A stretch of DNA of 57,617 bases from a virus. Its lineage: Duplodnaviria > Caudoviricetes. Below are positions 20,739 to 31,018 of this stretch, in pieces; the stretch's first letter is position 1, and every line of letters begins with the position of its first letter. The translations under genes were made by a program, and so were the position numbers. Location of the stretch: the IMG/VR virus record IMGVR_UViG_3300046011_006126, positions 1 through 57,617 of that record, one strand, 5' to 3'. The notes beneath the pieces are model-generated. The model saw only the letters and a program-made list of their open reading frames with translations. It searched no databases and was not told the DNA's origin.

Positions 20739-23700
20739 GCGATAGCCATCCAATTCAGCGTGCCAGTTGAGTCAATGACAGTTGCCGATGATAAGGTTAA
20801 TGAGTAACTTATAAATGTGAACACGTTTTCTGGTGTGGTCACGTTTGCTGCTGGTTTCTGTGCGTAAATTCTGGCGTAAGACCCCGACGCAAACGCTCTT
20901 GCATCAGCATCTCCGTAACTACTAGGTGTGCTGACGCCGGGAATATAAGACCTAGCCTCAATTATTACTACGCTCTGTGTCTGAGAATAGGACGATGTGG
21001 TGTATGACATAACACTTGTTGCCGCTGGCACATTATTTACACCCGTTTCACCGGCAGAAGTTTGGCTATCTATTGTAACTGTTGTTCTTGGATCTCTTGT
21101 TCTAGCGTATGCTTGCCCACTGGTTCCTGTTTTCTTTAAATACCTTCCATAATTGATAGTCCACGCAACCCAATAAATTGTGAAACCAGCCGGAGGGCTA
21201 TATGCTGGGAATGTCGCCTGGACAGTAGCCGATTCAGGGTTGTTTCCTGGTGATAGAGTAGCCATTGCTGAATTTGACGCTAACGCAACATCAGCATAAC
21301 CACCTGGCAACTGCTCATAAGCTGGCGCGCCGCTTGCAAACGTACCACCTCTATCCGCCGACAAAAACTCAACATAAAAATCATAAGTACCGCTGGCTAT
21401 AGTTCCAGAGGTTAAGCTGGCTGTATAGGTATTGAAGTCGGCGCCAATATTTGTGGTTGTCCATGATGTAAACGTGAACGCACCCCCGCTACCCGCTGTG
21501 CGGTATGCAATCCTTGCGTCAACTTTGCGGTAATAGAAGTTTGGGCTTGTGCCCGTGCCTCGCTTTGATGAAAATGACAGATTAACATCTATTTTCGTTG
21601 TATTTGCATCGGTCGTGCGAGTTGCTGTTACATCAGTGTCACCTGATCCTGAATAGGCGTCATTTACAACAGATAACGGATTTGAACCGCTTAATACAAG
21701 CCTTGAAACAGCCTTAAATGATACCGATCCACCTCCGGTTATGGCCACGTTCTCGGCTCTTACTTGTAGTTTTTGGCTTTGACCTGAGTAAGTGGCGTTA
21801 TAAATAGGCGTATCATTTGGCGTTACGATGATATTCGGGATTGACGCATACCATTTTGACAGCGTTACAACAGAATCATTTGACACTGTTCCGCTCTCAA
21901 TCGTTTGCAGCGAATTACCTTGCTGATGCGCTGAACCGGTCCACTTCCAGAAATCAATTTTACCGTTCTTGATTAGCGTGTAATCATCGGCCAGTAAGCC
22001 AGCAGGCCCGGCGATAGTGATGGACTTGTCCGACAAATCAATTGAGAAGCTACTGTCTGCGCTCCTAATAACGCCCGCTGTTACCGTGCCAAGGTCGGCA
22101 GTAAATGAATTTAAATTAACCGCAAAAATCTTTGATGCACTGATGGTTCCTACCTGACTATCACCAATCGCCAAGGGTGTGGCCGATGTGCCATCAGCAC
22201 TTACTACGCCATTTAACAGATTCCAGTCGCCCAATATCCCGGCTTTTGATACTGCTCTCAGCCAGTAATAGTAGGCTGTGTTCACGCCATCCGGTATGTA
22301 GTCCACATACATCTTGACCTTGGTTGAACCTATGACGGTAGCTGTGGATCTATCATCCGTCGCAGCCCGGTAAATCTCAATGTGATCAATATTGCCAGCA
22401 CCAACACTGGGGAAATCAAACGTCACAAAGTTGTATAAAACGCCACCCGTCACGACTAGATTGTCGCAAGCGTTTGGTGGTGTTGTATCTACTGCGCCCG
22501 CTGACGCTTGTTTGGTGATGACAATCGGCTGAACCGCCTTAACAGTCTGCCCGTTGTACGTGCAAGTCAGTAAAACTCGGTTGTCGCCTTTATTTACATC
22601 ATAAGACGCCGCCAGTGTTGGCGTGAACGTGGCTGTTGTTGATGATCCAGACAGCAAACTATTTGATGCTGGAGCGCTCCAAGTGTAAGTATCAGGCGTG
22701 ACAATCGAGCCATCCTCATAAAGCTCTGCGCTAAATGCGGTAGGTGCCGGCAATGGATTTGCGCCGGTAGTGTCATAAACTGCGTTGGTTTTTCCGCCCG
22801 TAATGAACAGTAAATAGGCTGAAGCATCCTTGGTGTACAGCGTGGGCGATGACCACTCACCCGCGGCAATGGTATCGGTTGTGCCAATGTTGCTGGCTGT
22901 TGCTCGGGTTATCCAAAGATACTTACCGGATGATGAACTGGGTATTGATGCCGACCATCCACCCAATGTTCCCGTGATTGCTCCGGTGGCAAACGTGAAG
23001 GTTAAAGAACTGGCTACTGCGCTCGGTGCGGTATTGCTTGTCGTGCGCTGGTACAGAATGGCCGTGGCTACATTTAAACCTGGATTACCGGGATCGCCAT
23101 CAAGCCCTTGAATCAATGACCAGGAATAATCAGCAGGGTTTGTGCTTTCTGTTGCTGTTGGCTTATTGCTGGCAATGCCTAAATATTTTTGATTGGTCCA
23201 TGCGCCCGTTGTAAATCCCGTAGAGCCAGTTGCATCATTGGCGTAAGCAAACCAAGTGTAAGTTGTTGCTCCATCTGGACCTGGATCGCCTGGAACACCA
23301 TCGGTAGATAACGCTACAGGTGCTGACCATTCAGCCGCCGCTATGGAGTCTGTAGCATTGGCGCTCGATGCAGTTGCTGCTGTGACATACAGGGTATCAC
23401 CACCCGTAGCCGGTATTGCTTTGGTCCAGCCATTTGCCAAGGCATTCGTTGCTGGCGTTGTAATGGCCTTTGTTGCAAAGGTATAAACTACATCGCCCGG
23501 ATTACTGGTTAATGGCGTTGATGACCGTTGATAAGCGTAAATAATGGCGGTGTTTAAGCCATTCGTCCCGGCTTTACCAATTGCGTAGGCGCTGGTAGCG
23601 GTCCAAGTGATTGTTGTCGTTGCCGAGTTGTCAGTATCGCTATACACCACTGAGCAAGCATAAAGCGTCATGCCCGGTTCCGCGGTGCCTGGTACAAGCT

Positions 23701-25135
23701 GCCAGCCATTTGGCGTTGCAGGTAATCCGAAAGCTCCTGTGTTCCAAGTGTACTCAGAGGTTCCTACCGGAAATGAGGTAGGTGCATCAATAGACCACTG
23801 GTAAAGCTCAAGCACCGCAGTACGCCGGCCATCAGTGCCTTTGATTCGCGCCCAGGTATAGGCGCTAACTAAGTCGCTATCGGCTGGATTACCATCTGAA
23901 TAGGTGCCAATGTAATCGCCCGGAGTCTCGCCGCTGCTTGCGGTAAATGTTGCACCGCCATCGTTTGAATAGCGGATATGCAAATAGTTTGATGCGCCAG
24001 AACCGTCCAAGCCTGCAAACGCTAAAGGGCTTGCGCTGGTAGCATCCCAGGTTATCAGCGTTGTAGCAGAGCTGCCATTATCAGCATAGACCGTTCTCGC
24101 CATCCAAAGCGTCTGGCCTTGCACGATGGCCGGAGGCGTTAATGACCAACCATTAAGGTTAGATGGTGCTGCAAATGTAGCATCGCTCCAGGTGTAAAGT
24201 GATGTGCCAGACGGGAATGTAGTGGGCGCGGTAGCTGCCCACTTGTAAACGTCCATCCTTGCTGTGCGTGTGCCATTGACACCATCAGCGCCCGAAGTCG
24301 ATAACGGGCTTGCGGTGGTGGCGGTCCAGGTAATATTGCTGGTCGCTGTGCTATTGGTATCCGCATAGGTTGTACGAGCAATCCAAAGTGTTTTGCCTGT
24401 TTCCGGTGCTGGGGGCGTTAAGGTCCATCCGTTCGTAATAGCAGGAGCATCGAATTGACCATTTGACCAGTAGTAAAGTGATGTACCGCTGGGGAATGTA
24501 GTCGGTGCGCCGACCGATAACTTGTACATATCGAGGATAGCGGTACGCGTGCCATTGACCCCGCTTGAACCATCAGCGCCATTTGCGCCAACTTTGGTAA
24601 TGGCTATTGGCTCGGTGGCTCTTATTGAGTAACCGCCATAACTTACCACCAGCACTACAGCATTATTGCCTTTAGCCTGGTTAAATGTGCCGGCAACGGT
24701 CGGTGTAAATGTTGAGCCACTACCGGTGCCGGATAACATGCTATTGGCTGGATCAGACACAGCCCAGCTATACGTTGTTGGTGTAACTTCAATGCCATCT
24801 TCATAGAGCGTGGCACTAAATGCAGCCATAGCCGGCAAAGGATTAGCGCCGTTTGCATCAAAAATAATCGATGTTCTGCCGCCGATAATATCAAGCACGT
24901 AGCTTTTACCATTAACGCCATTAATGCCAGGTTCGCCAGGTGCGCCGTTCTGTCCTTGCGTGATGCCGGTTACAGCATTGGCAACAGCGGCTTCAAGTTG
25001 CGCCTGGTCTACGCCATTAGATGTGGCCGGATTGGCCTGGAGATAATCCAGATTAGTTTTAACCGCACTAAGCACGGTCCATAACGCAGGATCAACATTT
25101 CCGGGAATACTGGGAATACTGGGCAGCTCGGCCAT
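20735..25135 (-). CDS. Modular tail fibre / host-specificity protein
   Basis: 1466 aa, T/S/A/G-rich; repeated beta-rich modules, short G-X-X-G collagen-like linkers, FN3-like segment (IDHIEIYRA...YYYWLRAVS). Confidence 0.85.
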   Translation of the reverse strand: MAELPSIPSIPGNVDPALWTVLSAVKTNLDYLQANPATSNGVDQAQLEAAVANAVTGITQGQNGAPGEPGINGVNGKSYVLDIIGGRTSIIFDANGANPLPAMAAFSATLYEDGIEVTPTTYSWAVSDPANSMLSGTGSGSTFTPTVAGTFNQAKGNNAVVLVVSYGGYSIRATEPIAITKVGANGADGSSGVNGTRTAILDMYKLSVGAPTTFPSGTSLYYWSNGQFDAPAITNGWTLTPPAPETGKTLWIARTTYADTNSTATSNITWTATTASPLSTSGADGVNGTRTARMDVYKWAATAPTTFPSGTSLYTWSDATFAAPSNLNGWSLTPPAIVQGQTLWMARTVYADNGSSATTLITWDATSASPLAFAGLDGSGASNYLHIRYSNDGGATFTASSGETPGDYIGTYSDGNPADSDLVSAYTWARIKGTDGRRTAVLELYQWSIDAPTSFPVGTSEYTWNTGAFGLPATPNGWQLVPGTAEPGMTLYACSVVYSDTDNSATTTITWTATSAYAIGKAGTNGLNTAIIYAYQRSSTPLTSNPGDVVYTFATKAITTPATNALANGWTKAIPATGGDTLYVTAATASSANATDSIAAAEWSAPVALSTDGVPGDPGPDGATTYTWFAYANDATGSTGFTTGAWTNQKYLGIASNKPTATESTNPADYSWSLIQGLDGDPGNPGLNVATAILYQRTTSNTAPSAVASSLTFTFATGAITGTLGGWSASIPSSSSGKYLWITRATASNIGTTDTIAAGEWSSPTLYTKDASAYLLFITGGKTNAVYDTTGANPLPAPTAFSAELYEDGSIVTPDTYTWSAPASNSLLSGSSTTATFTPTLAASYDVNKGDNRVLLTCTYNGQTVKAVQPIVITKQASAGAVDTTPPNACDNLVVTGGVLYNFVTFDFPSVGAGNIDHIEIYRAATDDRSTATVIGSTKVKMYVDYIPDGVNTAYYYWLRAVSKAGILGDWNLLNGVVSADGTSATPLAIGDSQVGTISASKIFAVNLNSFTADLGTVTAGVIRSADSSFSIDLSDKSITIAGPAGLLADDYTLIKNGKIDFWKWTGSAHQQGNSLQTIESGTVSNDSVVTLSKWYASIPNIIVTPNDTPIYNATYSGQSQKLQVRAENVAITGGGSVSFKAVSRLVLSGSNPLSVVNDAYSGSGDTDVTATRTTDANTTKIDVNLSFSSKRGTGTSPNFYYRKVDARIAYRTAGSGGAFTFTSWTTTNIGADFNTYTASLTSGTIASGTYDFYVEFLSADRGGTFASGAPAYEQLPGGYADVALASNSAMATLSPGNNPESATVQATFPAYSPPAGFTIYWVAWTINYGRYLKKTGTSGQAYARTRDPRTTVTIDSQTSAGETGVNNVPAATSVMSYTTSSYSQTQSVVIIEARSYIPGVSTPSSYGDADARAFASGSYARIYAQKPAANVTTPENVFTFISYSLTLSSATVIDSTGTLNWMAIA

Positions 25136-26847
25136 TATGAAAACTCGCTCATGCTGGAAGCCATAAACACGCCATTGACATAGGAATCGCCACTGATACG
25201 CGCCGAAAACTTGCGCCCACGCTTGGCAGGCAACCTAAATGGCTCGTCGGATGACACCACCTTGGTAAAATTCAATGTTTCATCGATGTACAATTCAAAC
25301 GTTACCGGATAACGCTCACACCATACCCGTGCTGCCGCAAACGATGCTGGGTAACTAATGTAAGGTTTTGTCATCCAGGCTTGCGTTAGATTAGTCGATC
25401 CCTCATTCCACTCGTATAGATTGTTTGCTCCTGACTCATTACGGACCAGATACAGCTTTCCAGATACCTTGTCACTAAAGGCAGCATCACACCAAACGTC
25501 AGTAAATGAGATTGTGCTGCGCTTTGGATCAAGGATAAAGCCGCCCTTGGCCGGGAATCGCTCGTCGGTGGATGCTACCAGCGTGCCAGTAGATCCAGAG
25601 TCATAAAAGGCAAAGTATTTATCACGGTAAAAGTACGCATGAATCGAAGCTGGGTTAAGCATCTGATACACACGCTCGGAGATAATGCCCTTTGAAATCA
25701 TGGCAGCGGTGCCATTGGTCAAGAACACAATGCCATCCCGAGAGGCGTACATAGCGCCAGATCCCATATCAACCATGGACCGGCCAGAGATATTGGATTG
25801 AATCGCGCCCAGCTTGTTGAAGCTCATGTAAGCAGGCGAATTGCCAATGGCCACAACAGGATGGCCCTCGGTCGAGATAAACAGCATATTACCGATAGCA
25901 GCCAAGCCGACAATGGGGAAATCCATCGGCTTCATGTAGTCCACTGGCCATGCGTGAGACTGGTACGGCTCTGATAAGTACAGGTTGTTGCCGACATATC
26001 CCGCCAACATGCCATTGGCCATGGCTACCAATCCGCGCAAATCATCGGGAGGCGGATCGTAAAGCGTAGTTTCAATAGGCGTACCAAAGGCGTTGCTAGT
26101 GATGCTTACCGATGTTTGTGGCAATGTCACTTCAGTTAGGTAGTTGAATGTTCCGCCAGTTCCGGCCACATAAATGCGAGCCTTAGTGATATTGTAAGCG
26201 CCCGTTGGTGCCGACAAGCTGCCTCCATTAATCTTGGTCAGGACAACATACTCGTCATCATTGGTGTAAACAATGTTTGAAGGTGCTGATGGCGGACCCT
26301 CGCGGCCTTCCTCTGTGACATAGGTATAAACGTAGGTCCGTGCAACGCGATTGCCTGTAGCATCGCTCACTGTGCCAGCAATCTGCCAACTTGCGCGAAC
26401 GCTATTAGCCGGTGATGCCTTGGTTGCTTTTGTGGCAACTAATGTGTGATTGTCGTCCGGCGCGGGTATGCCAAGATAATAGGACACTTCAGGGTAATTT
26501 GTGCCGCCACCCGATACGGCCAGGTTTTTATCTGTGTATCGCGGCTTATCGGTGCCAGTGAAAGCGACTTCCCAGTCGGCATTGCTTTCCTTTTGCATGG
26601 GTGCAACATCAACATTCTCTTCACCCCAGGCCAGCCAGCGTGAATTGTTGAGTAAGAACAGGTTTTTTAATATACCTGTTTTGCTATTCCATACCGGCGA
26701 TACGCCGACTTGGTTCAATCCCTTCCATGTATCAAGACTGCCTTTGTCGGTGAAAACATTGGTTGCCTCAATTGAAAATTGTTCTGGCAGCAATGGCGGT
26801 GATATATCCGCGTTCATGCCAACAAACGAGGTAAAGGCTAATTTCAC
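25135..26847 (-). CDS. Tail tubular/nozzle (stabilization) protein
   Basis: 570 aa beta-rich; RTYVYTYVT..EGPPS and SEPY..HAWP motifs typical of podophage nozzle proteins. Confidence 0.75.
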   Translation of the reverse strand: MKLAFTSFVGMNADISPPLLPEQFSIEATNVFTDKGSLDTWKGLNQVGVSPVWNSKTGILKNLFLLNNSRWLAWGEENVDVAPMQKESNADWEVAFTGTDKPRYTDKNLAVSGGGTNYPEVSYYLGIPAPDDNHTLVATKATKASPANSVRASWQIAGTVSDATGNRVARTYVYTYVTEEGREGPPSAPSNIVYTNDDEYVVLTKINGGSLSAPTGAYNITKARIYVAGTGGTFNYLTEVTLPQTSVSITSNAFGTPIETTLYDPPPDDLRGLVAMANGMLAGYVGNNLYLSEPYQSHAWPVDYMKPMDFPIVGLAAIGNMLFISTEGHPVVAIGNSPAYMSFNKLGAIQSNISGRSMVDMGSGAMYASRDGIVFLTNGTAAMISKGIISERVYQMLNPASIHAYFYRDKYFAFYDSGSTGTLVASTDERFPAKGGFILDPKRSTISFTDVWCDAAFSDKVSGKLYLVRNESGANNLYEWNEGSTNLTQAWMTKPYISYPASFAAARVWCERYPVTFELYIDETLNFTKVVSSDEPFRLPAKRGRKFSARISGDSYVNGVFMASSMSEFS

Positions 26848-27314
26848 GACTCGACCCCTGTAAAAATCACGTAATCATTGGGTGATCCCGCAGCATTGGC
26901 CGCGACGGTCCTTTTAATCCACAAGTGATAAAACTCCCCTGGTGCCAACAAGCCCAGCGACAATGGAGCGTATGAGAATAACGGCTTTGTAAACACCAGC
27001 GCCCCGGTAGGTGCTGTCACTTGATCGGTGATGACCTGCTCAGTGGTTGAGTTCTTGCCGGTCAATCCTTTGGCAATAAAGACATTTGCAGCAGATACCA
27101 CGCTCGACATGTAAATACCGGCATTGGCTATGGATGAAGCCCCGGTATTCTTGATGCAGACACACGCATAGTGCGTGATGCCGGCAATAGCCTCAGCCCC
27201 TAGCACATTGGGCAGTAATAGACCTTGTGTTTCAGCCAGTGCCAGCGTGCTTATCTGCCCGCCTAATACGCCTGCACCCGAACCGCCGCCCGTGTGGAAT
27301 AGTACCAGCGACAT
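26844..27314 (-). CDS. Virion structural protein
   Basis: 156 aa beta-rich ORF in tail operon (YACVCIKN, LWIKRTV). Confidence 0.65.
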   Translation of the reverse strand: MSLVLFHTGGGSGAGVLGGQISTLALAETQGLLLPNVLGAEAIAGITHYACVCIKNTGASSIANAGIYMSSVVSAANVFIAKGLTGKNSTTEQVITDQVTAPTGALVFTKPLFSYAPLSLGLLAPGEFYHLWIKRTVAANAAGSPNDYVIFTGVES

Positions 27315-28175
27315 TTAAACAAACCTTGGACGAGAGCGAGGCATAACGCCTTGCATGTCCTTGTATAGTGCTTTGTCTATGCCTGTTTCAAAAACAGCCT
27401 TGTGATAGGCGGCAAGCTCAGGGTTAGACCATTCTTTTTTGAGTGGCTTAACTGCCAAGCGATAAATTGCGCCTGACGCAATCACTTCCGCATAGGTTTG
27501 GAATATAAAGTTTTCAACGCCCGTTGAATTTAATCGATCGGGCTTTAATGCGGCCACCAGCTTTAGCGCATAGCCTTTGTCTGGTGCCGGGAATAGCCTG
27601 ATTGTGAAGTCATTTACCTGAGCGTAAGCGACAGGTGTGCCGGTAATGCTGGATAGCGTCGAAGATCCACCAGAGCCGGAGTCATTTGAATAAAGTGCTT
27701 CGCCGTTTATGTCGAACAATGGATCGCCATTGCTATCGACTAATTGGCCGGATGCGTTTTGAATTAATGAAAATGAACCGGAGTCAGTTGCATAAAGTGG
27801 CTCACCATTGGAGTCAACCAGCGGGCTTCCGCTTGAATCAACCAATTGACCGCTAGGCAACTGCGTTACAGCACCACCTTGCAAAATCATGATGCCGCCA
27901 GGTATCCTGGCTGTATTGACAGACCGCAATGGCGTTACGCTACCCGGCAAGTAAATATGCCAAATGCGCTCGATCAATCCGCCGAGTGCTGGCGTGTAAT
28001 CACTTACCATATTTTCTGTGGTCAGGATTGACGGACCTTCCGTGCGCCATACTTTTGAACGCTCACAGAACTCAGAGGCTGAGTGTCTTAGCGCATCCTT
28101 GACGGACAACCAAGGGCAACCAGGCAAATCCGGCATGGTTAAAGACTGAAAGGCTTCCCATGTGACAACACTCAT
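27315..28175 (-). CDS. Head-tail adaptor protein with internal repeat insertion
   Basis: PDLPGCP...A.EFCERS.VW N-terminus and EVIASGAI.RL...W.NP C-terminus; LVDSxG repeats in the middle. Confidence 0.7.
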   Translation of the reverse strand: MSVVTWEAFQSLTMPDLPGCPWLSVKDALRHSASEFCERSKVWRTEGPSILTTENMVSDYTPALGGLIERIWHIYLPGSVTPLRSVNTARIPGGIMILQGGAVTQLPSGQLVDSSGSPLVDSNGEPLYATDSGSFSLIQNASGQLVDSNGDPLFDINGEALYSNDSGSGGSSTLSSITGTPVAYAQVNDFTIRLFPAPDKGYALKLVAALKPDRLNSTGVENFIFQTYAEVIASGAIYRLAVKPLKKEWSNPELAAYHKAVFETGIDKALYKDMQGVMPRSRPRFV

Positions 28176-28856
28176 TTACGCAACTCCCGGTTGTGACGCA
28201 CCGTCGCCAGACGTTTTAACGCCTAATGAATCCTTGAATGCTTGGTAATACAGTGTTGCCAGGTTTGCACTACCCTGTACCTCAGTGTCCTTCATGAATG
28301 CACGATACATGACGTAATCCAGTAGCATGTTGGCATAAGTATCAACCAGCCTGATAACTTCAGTTGTTGCGCTATTCTGTAGCTGCTCAAGCGTTAAGGC
28401 GTGAGGCAAAGGCACGGAGTTGTAGATAACTTCCAGTCGCGCAGAACTCAATGCAGGCGGATACACCATAAACGACAAGGGCAAACGAGGATCGTAGATA
28501 TAGTTTTCAATATCAATCGATGCTGGATCAGTTGGCCAGCTTGGTCGCTGCTCGTTCATCGTATTACGATCAACCAGGCTAATCGCTTGCTTTGCAGACA
28601 AAGTAGCCGTATTGCGAACGACCTCAATCAGCTTTGTAGCGTTACTGAATGAGTCTGTTAAATTTTGGCGCACGCCAGCAGCGCACTCAAACTCCCCAAC
28701 ATCGGAACTGGCGTCAGGTCGTATGTTAATAATTTCGCGGTATGCCGCATTCAACCATCTTTGAAGCTCGGTTAAAGGCCAACGAGTGCCACCCTGATCA
28801 GTCAGCAGGGTTTGTGCGTCGCTTAGCAGATCAACAACTTTGATGGTTGATGGCAT
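28176..28856 (-). CDS. Phage adaptor protein (DUF6682-like)
   Basis: RWP..EL..WLN...PDA, F.VYPP, LLDYVMYRAF.KD motifs; downstream of capsid genes. Confidence 0.75.
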   Translation of the reverse strand: MPSTIKVVDLLSDAQTLLTDQGGTRWPLTELQRWLNAAYREIINIRPDASSDVGEFECAAGVRQNLTDSFSNATKLIEVVRNTATLSAKQAISLVDRNTMNEQRPSWPTDPASIDIENYIYDPRLPLSFMVYPPALSSARLEVIYNSVPLPHALTLEQLQNSATTEVIRLVDTYANMLLDYVMYRAFMKDTEVQGSANLATLYYQAFKDSLGVKTSGDGASQPGVA

Positions 28857-28858
28857 AA

Positions 28859-29182
28859 TTATTTAGCTTTTGGTCTAAATCTTTTGGGTTGTGTGTTTGC
28901 TTCCAGCGGTGCCGCGTCAAGGCTTGCTTCATCCTCGCTTTCAAGCTCTTCACTGTCCTCTTCCGTTGGCTCACTCATTAAGTCAGCCGCCGCCGCGAAA
29001 TCATCATCAGATTCGGGGTAAAAGTTGCCGGTTGAAAGCAATGCTTTTGCATGATCTTCGTTATCGACTTCTGCGGTTAGATCGCCGCTTGCTTCATCTA
29101 GCTCAAATGAATACGACACATTCCCAAACTGAGCAACGACAGTGCCGTCCAGTGTAGGGATAATGGTTGTTGCTAGTTTCAT
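28859..29182 (-). CDS. Acidic hypothetical virion-associated protein
   Basis: Start MKLATT after GGAG; acidic C-terminal tract. Confidence 0.7.
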   Translation of the reverse strand: MKLATTIIPTLDGTVVAQFGNVSYSFELDEASGDLTAEVDNEDHAKALLSTGNFYPESDDDFAAAADLMSEPTEEDSEELESEDEASLDAAPLEANTQPKRFRPKAK

Positions 29183-29192
29183 AGACTTCTCC

Positions 29193-29220
29193 AAGAAAAA
29201 GGCGGCAGTTACGCCGCCTT
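29193..29220 (-). terminator. Rho-independent terminator after capsid/decoration genes
   Basis: AAGGCGGCG-TAA-CTGCCGCCTT hairpin followed by T-tract on minus strand. Confidence 0.75.
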
Positions 29221-29233
29221 AGTGGTTGAGCGG

Positions 29234-29737
29234 TTACGCGGCTTGATACGTCACAGTAATGCCGATTTCGCCAGAGCCAGCGCCCGTACCCGTTAAGTCG
29301 ATACAAATGTCACGGTCATAGCTAACAGGCTGCACTTTTAATGCGTTGCGACTGTAAAAAACCGCCGCCCCTGCATTTTGCCCAACTGTTGCGCCCGCCA
29401 CCCAAGCGCCACCACCGTCACGCGCATGAGTAGATAGCACGCTATCTGCCGCTGTCCCTGGCGATGCTGAACCATCGGCTGCTTGGTCTTTTAAATTACC
29501 AACACCGACCGAGTACGCCAAGGTGGTGCCGGAGTCCAAATCAGCCGCATCGATAACGATGCCACCAACGGGAACGTAACCCGCAGGGAGAATACCGATC
29601 ACACCAAAGTCATTGGCGTTATCAATATCAATGCCAGCCAAATTAAGCGTAAATCTAACCGCTGTAAGGCAAGCATCTGCGGGGGTTGGGACCGGCTTAC
29701 GACCAGTCAAATAGTCATTTGTTACTGAAAAAGGCAT
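29234..29737 (-). CDS. Capsid decoration/structural protein
   Basis: 167 aa directly after major capsid; LPAG..P and DLDSG..L..SVG pattern. Confidence 0.7.
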   Translation of the reverse strand: MPFSVTNDYLTGRKPVPTPADACLTAVRFTLNLAGIDIDNANDFGVIGILPAGYVPVGGIVIDAADLDSGTTLAYSVGVGNLKDQAADGSASPGTAADSVLSTHARDGGGAWVAGATVGQNAGAAVFYSRNALKVQPVSYDRDICIDLTGTGAGSGEIGITVTYQAA

Positions 29738-29749
29738 TTCATAATCCCC

Positions 29750-30877
29750 TTATAGTTTGGTGCGTGAAGTCGCGGTATCCAGCGCAAACACACCAAAGTC
29801 TTGGTTGGTGCCTTCGACGTTGTATGTTGCTTTCTTGATACCGAAAATTGAAGAGGTAGAGATAACTACCTTGTCGCCGTTGTCGCGAGACTCTTCGTAC
29901 CAATCAAAACGCATGTTGGTGCCTGGTGAGCCAAACGCAATAACGCCCGCTTGAGCGCCCATAAACAGCGCACGAGCGCCCCAAACGTTGTTAGCTGCGC
30001 CCATGCTGTTGAATCTCACCACGTTACGATGGGAGTGCAACACTACGCCGCGGTACATACCCAGGCCACCCTTAAAGATTGGCGAGTTATTACCCACATT
30101 GGTAGCTGCGGCTTTTTGAATATCAAGCCATTGGCCAGTGTCGGTCGATGTGCGAATGTCATCTTCTTGGAAGGTGGACATTACACAGACATAGGTTTCT
30201 TCACCGTTGAATTTGCAAGGTTGCAAAACAGGTACACCCGTAGCACCACCGCCTTGAGAGTCGGCTTGGCTTTTTGCTCGGTCAATCAAGCCCAAGCTCA
30301 TTCTGTCAGCCGCTTGGTTTTGAATGTTGCCAAACGCAGTAGCCGCACCACCGTACAAAACGTGGTTTGCATCAGGAGTGGTCAGTGCATTGTTTGCACG
30401 GCCCGCGTAGTTCAGCGGAAGAATGTAGTTTGGATTGATGCCGCGATTACCTGACAGGTAAATAAACAGCAATTCATCAAACAAGCGACCCCACCAACTA
30501 GACTGCTGGCGTTTTGCGGTTTCGCGCAGATTGTGCAAAGTACGCTTGCGCGTCATTTTGCCACCGGTATTAACGCCGGCTCTCGCCTGGTCAATATACA
30601 CGGTGTCCGTGTAGAACTTTTGCGCTTCCTCTTTGCCTTCCAGAATGTCCTCACCCTCAACAGGAGCCATTTTCAGCTCTGCCAACAAGTCGTAGGAAAT
30701 CATTTCACCGGCATCAGATTCCAGATCGGTAAGGATCTGGATGGGCATTTCAGAGTCTTGACCCTTGCCCATGAAGCGTTGATTGAAATAAGACTTTTGG
30801 CTGGTGTCTACCGCCAAAAGGCCAGACCAACGTTTTACGGCCTTAGCATCGTTAAGGCCGACAATTGTACGTGCCAT
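29750..30877 (-). CDS. Major capsid protein, N4-gp56/DUF4043 family
   Basis: AVKRWS, LESDAG..ISYDL, LEGKEE, IDQ.R..V..GG.M..KRT.H.LR, W.DIQKAA, ARALF.GAQA motifs. Confidence 0.93.
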   Translation of the reverse strand: MARTIVGLNDAKAVKRWSGLLAVDTSQKSYFNQRFMGKGQDSEMPIQILTDLESDAGEMISYDLLAELKMAPVEGEDILEGKEEAQKFYTDTVYIDQARAGVNTGGKMTRKRTLHNLRETAKRQQSSWWGRLFDELLFIYLSGNRGINPNYILPLNYAGRANNALTTPDANHVLYGGAATAFGNIQNQAADRMSLGLIDRAKSQADSQGGGATGVPVLQPCKFNGEETYVCVMSTFQEDDIRTSTDTGQWLDIQKAAATNVGNNSPIFKGGLGMYRGVVLHSHRNVVRFNSMGAANNVWGARALFMGAQAGVIAFGSPGTNMRFDWYEESRDNGDKVVISTSSIFGIKKATYNVEGTNQDFGVFALDTATSRTKL

Positions 30878-31000
30878 TTTAGTACCTCATAAAGTTGTTA
30901 ACTTCGGAGGCACTCTTGCGCGTCCAATCAAACGTGTTGAGTTCTTATGAACCGGAACACCTGCAAACGGACCATTCCATTTACATAGCCTAAATGGTGC

Positions 31001-31011
31001 GAGGTTAGTCG
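31001..31011 (-). promoter_or_regulatory. Late promoter motif CGAC-TAACCT-C upstream of major capsid
   Basis: Recurrent motif in late intergenic gaps. Confidence 0.65.
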
Positions 31012-31018
31012 CTACAGA

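Noticed and set aside
20735-25135. Diversity-generating retroelement or invertible tail cassette
   Set aside because: No reverse transcriptase, no template/variable repeat pair and no inverted tail segments seen; the repeats are diverged protein modules.
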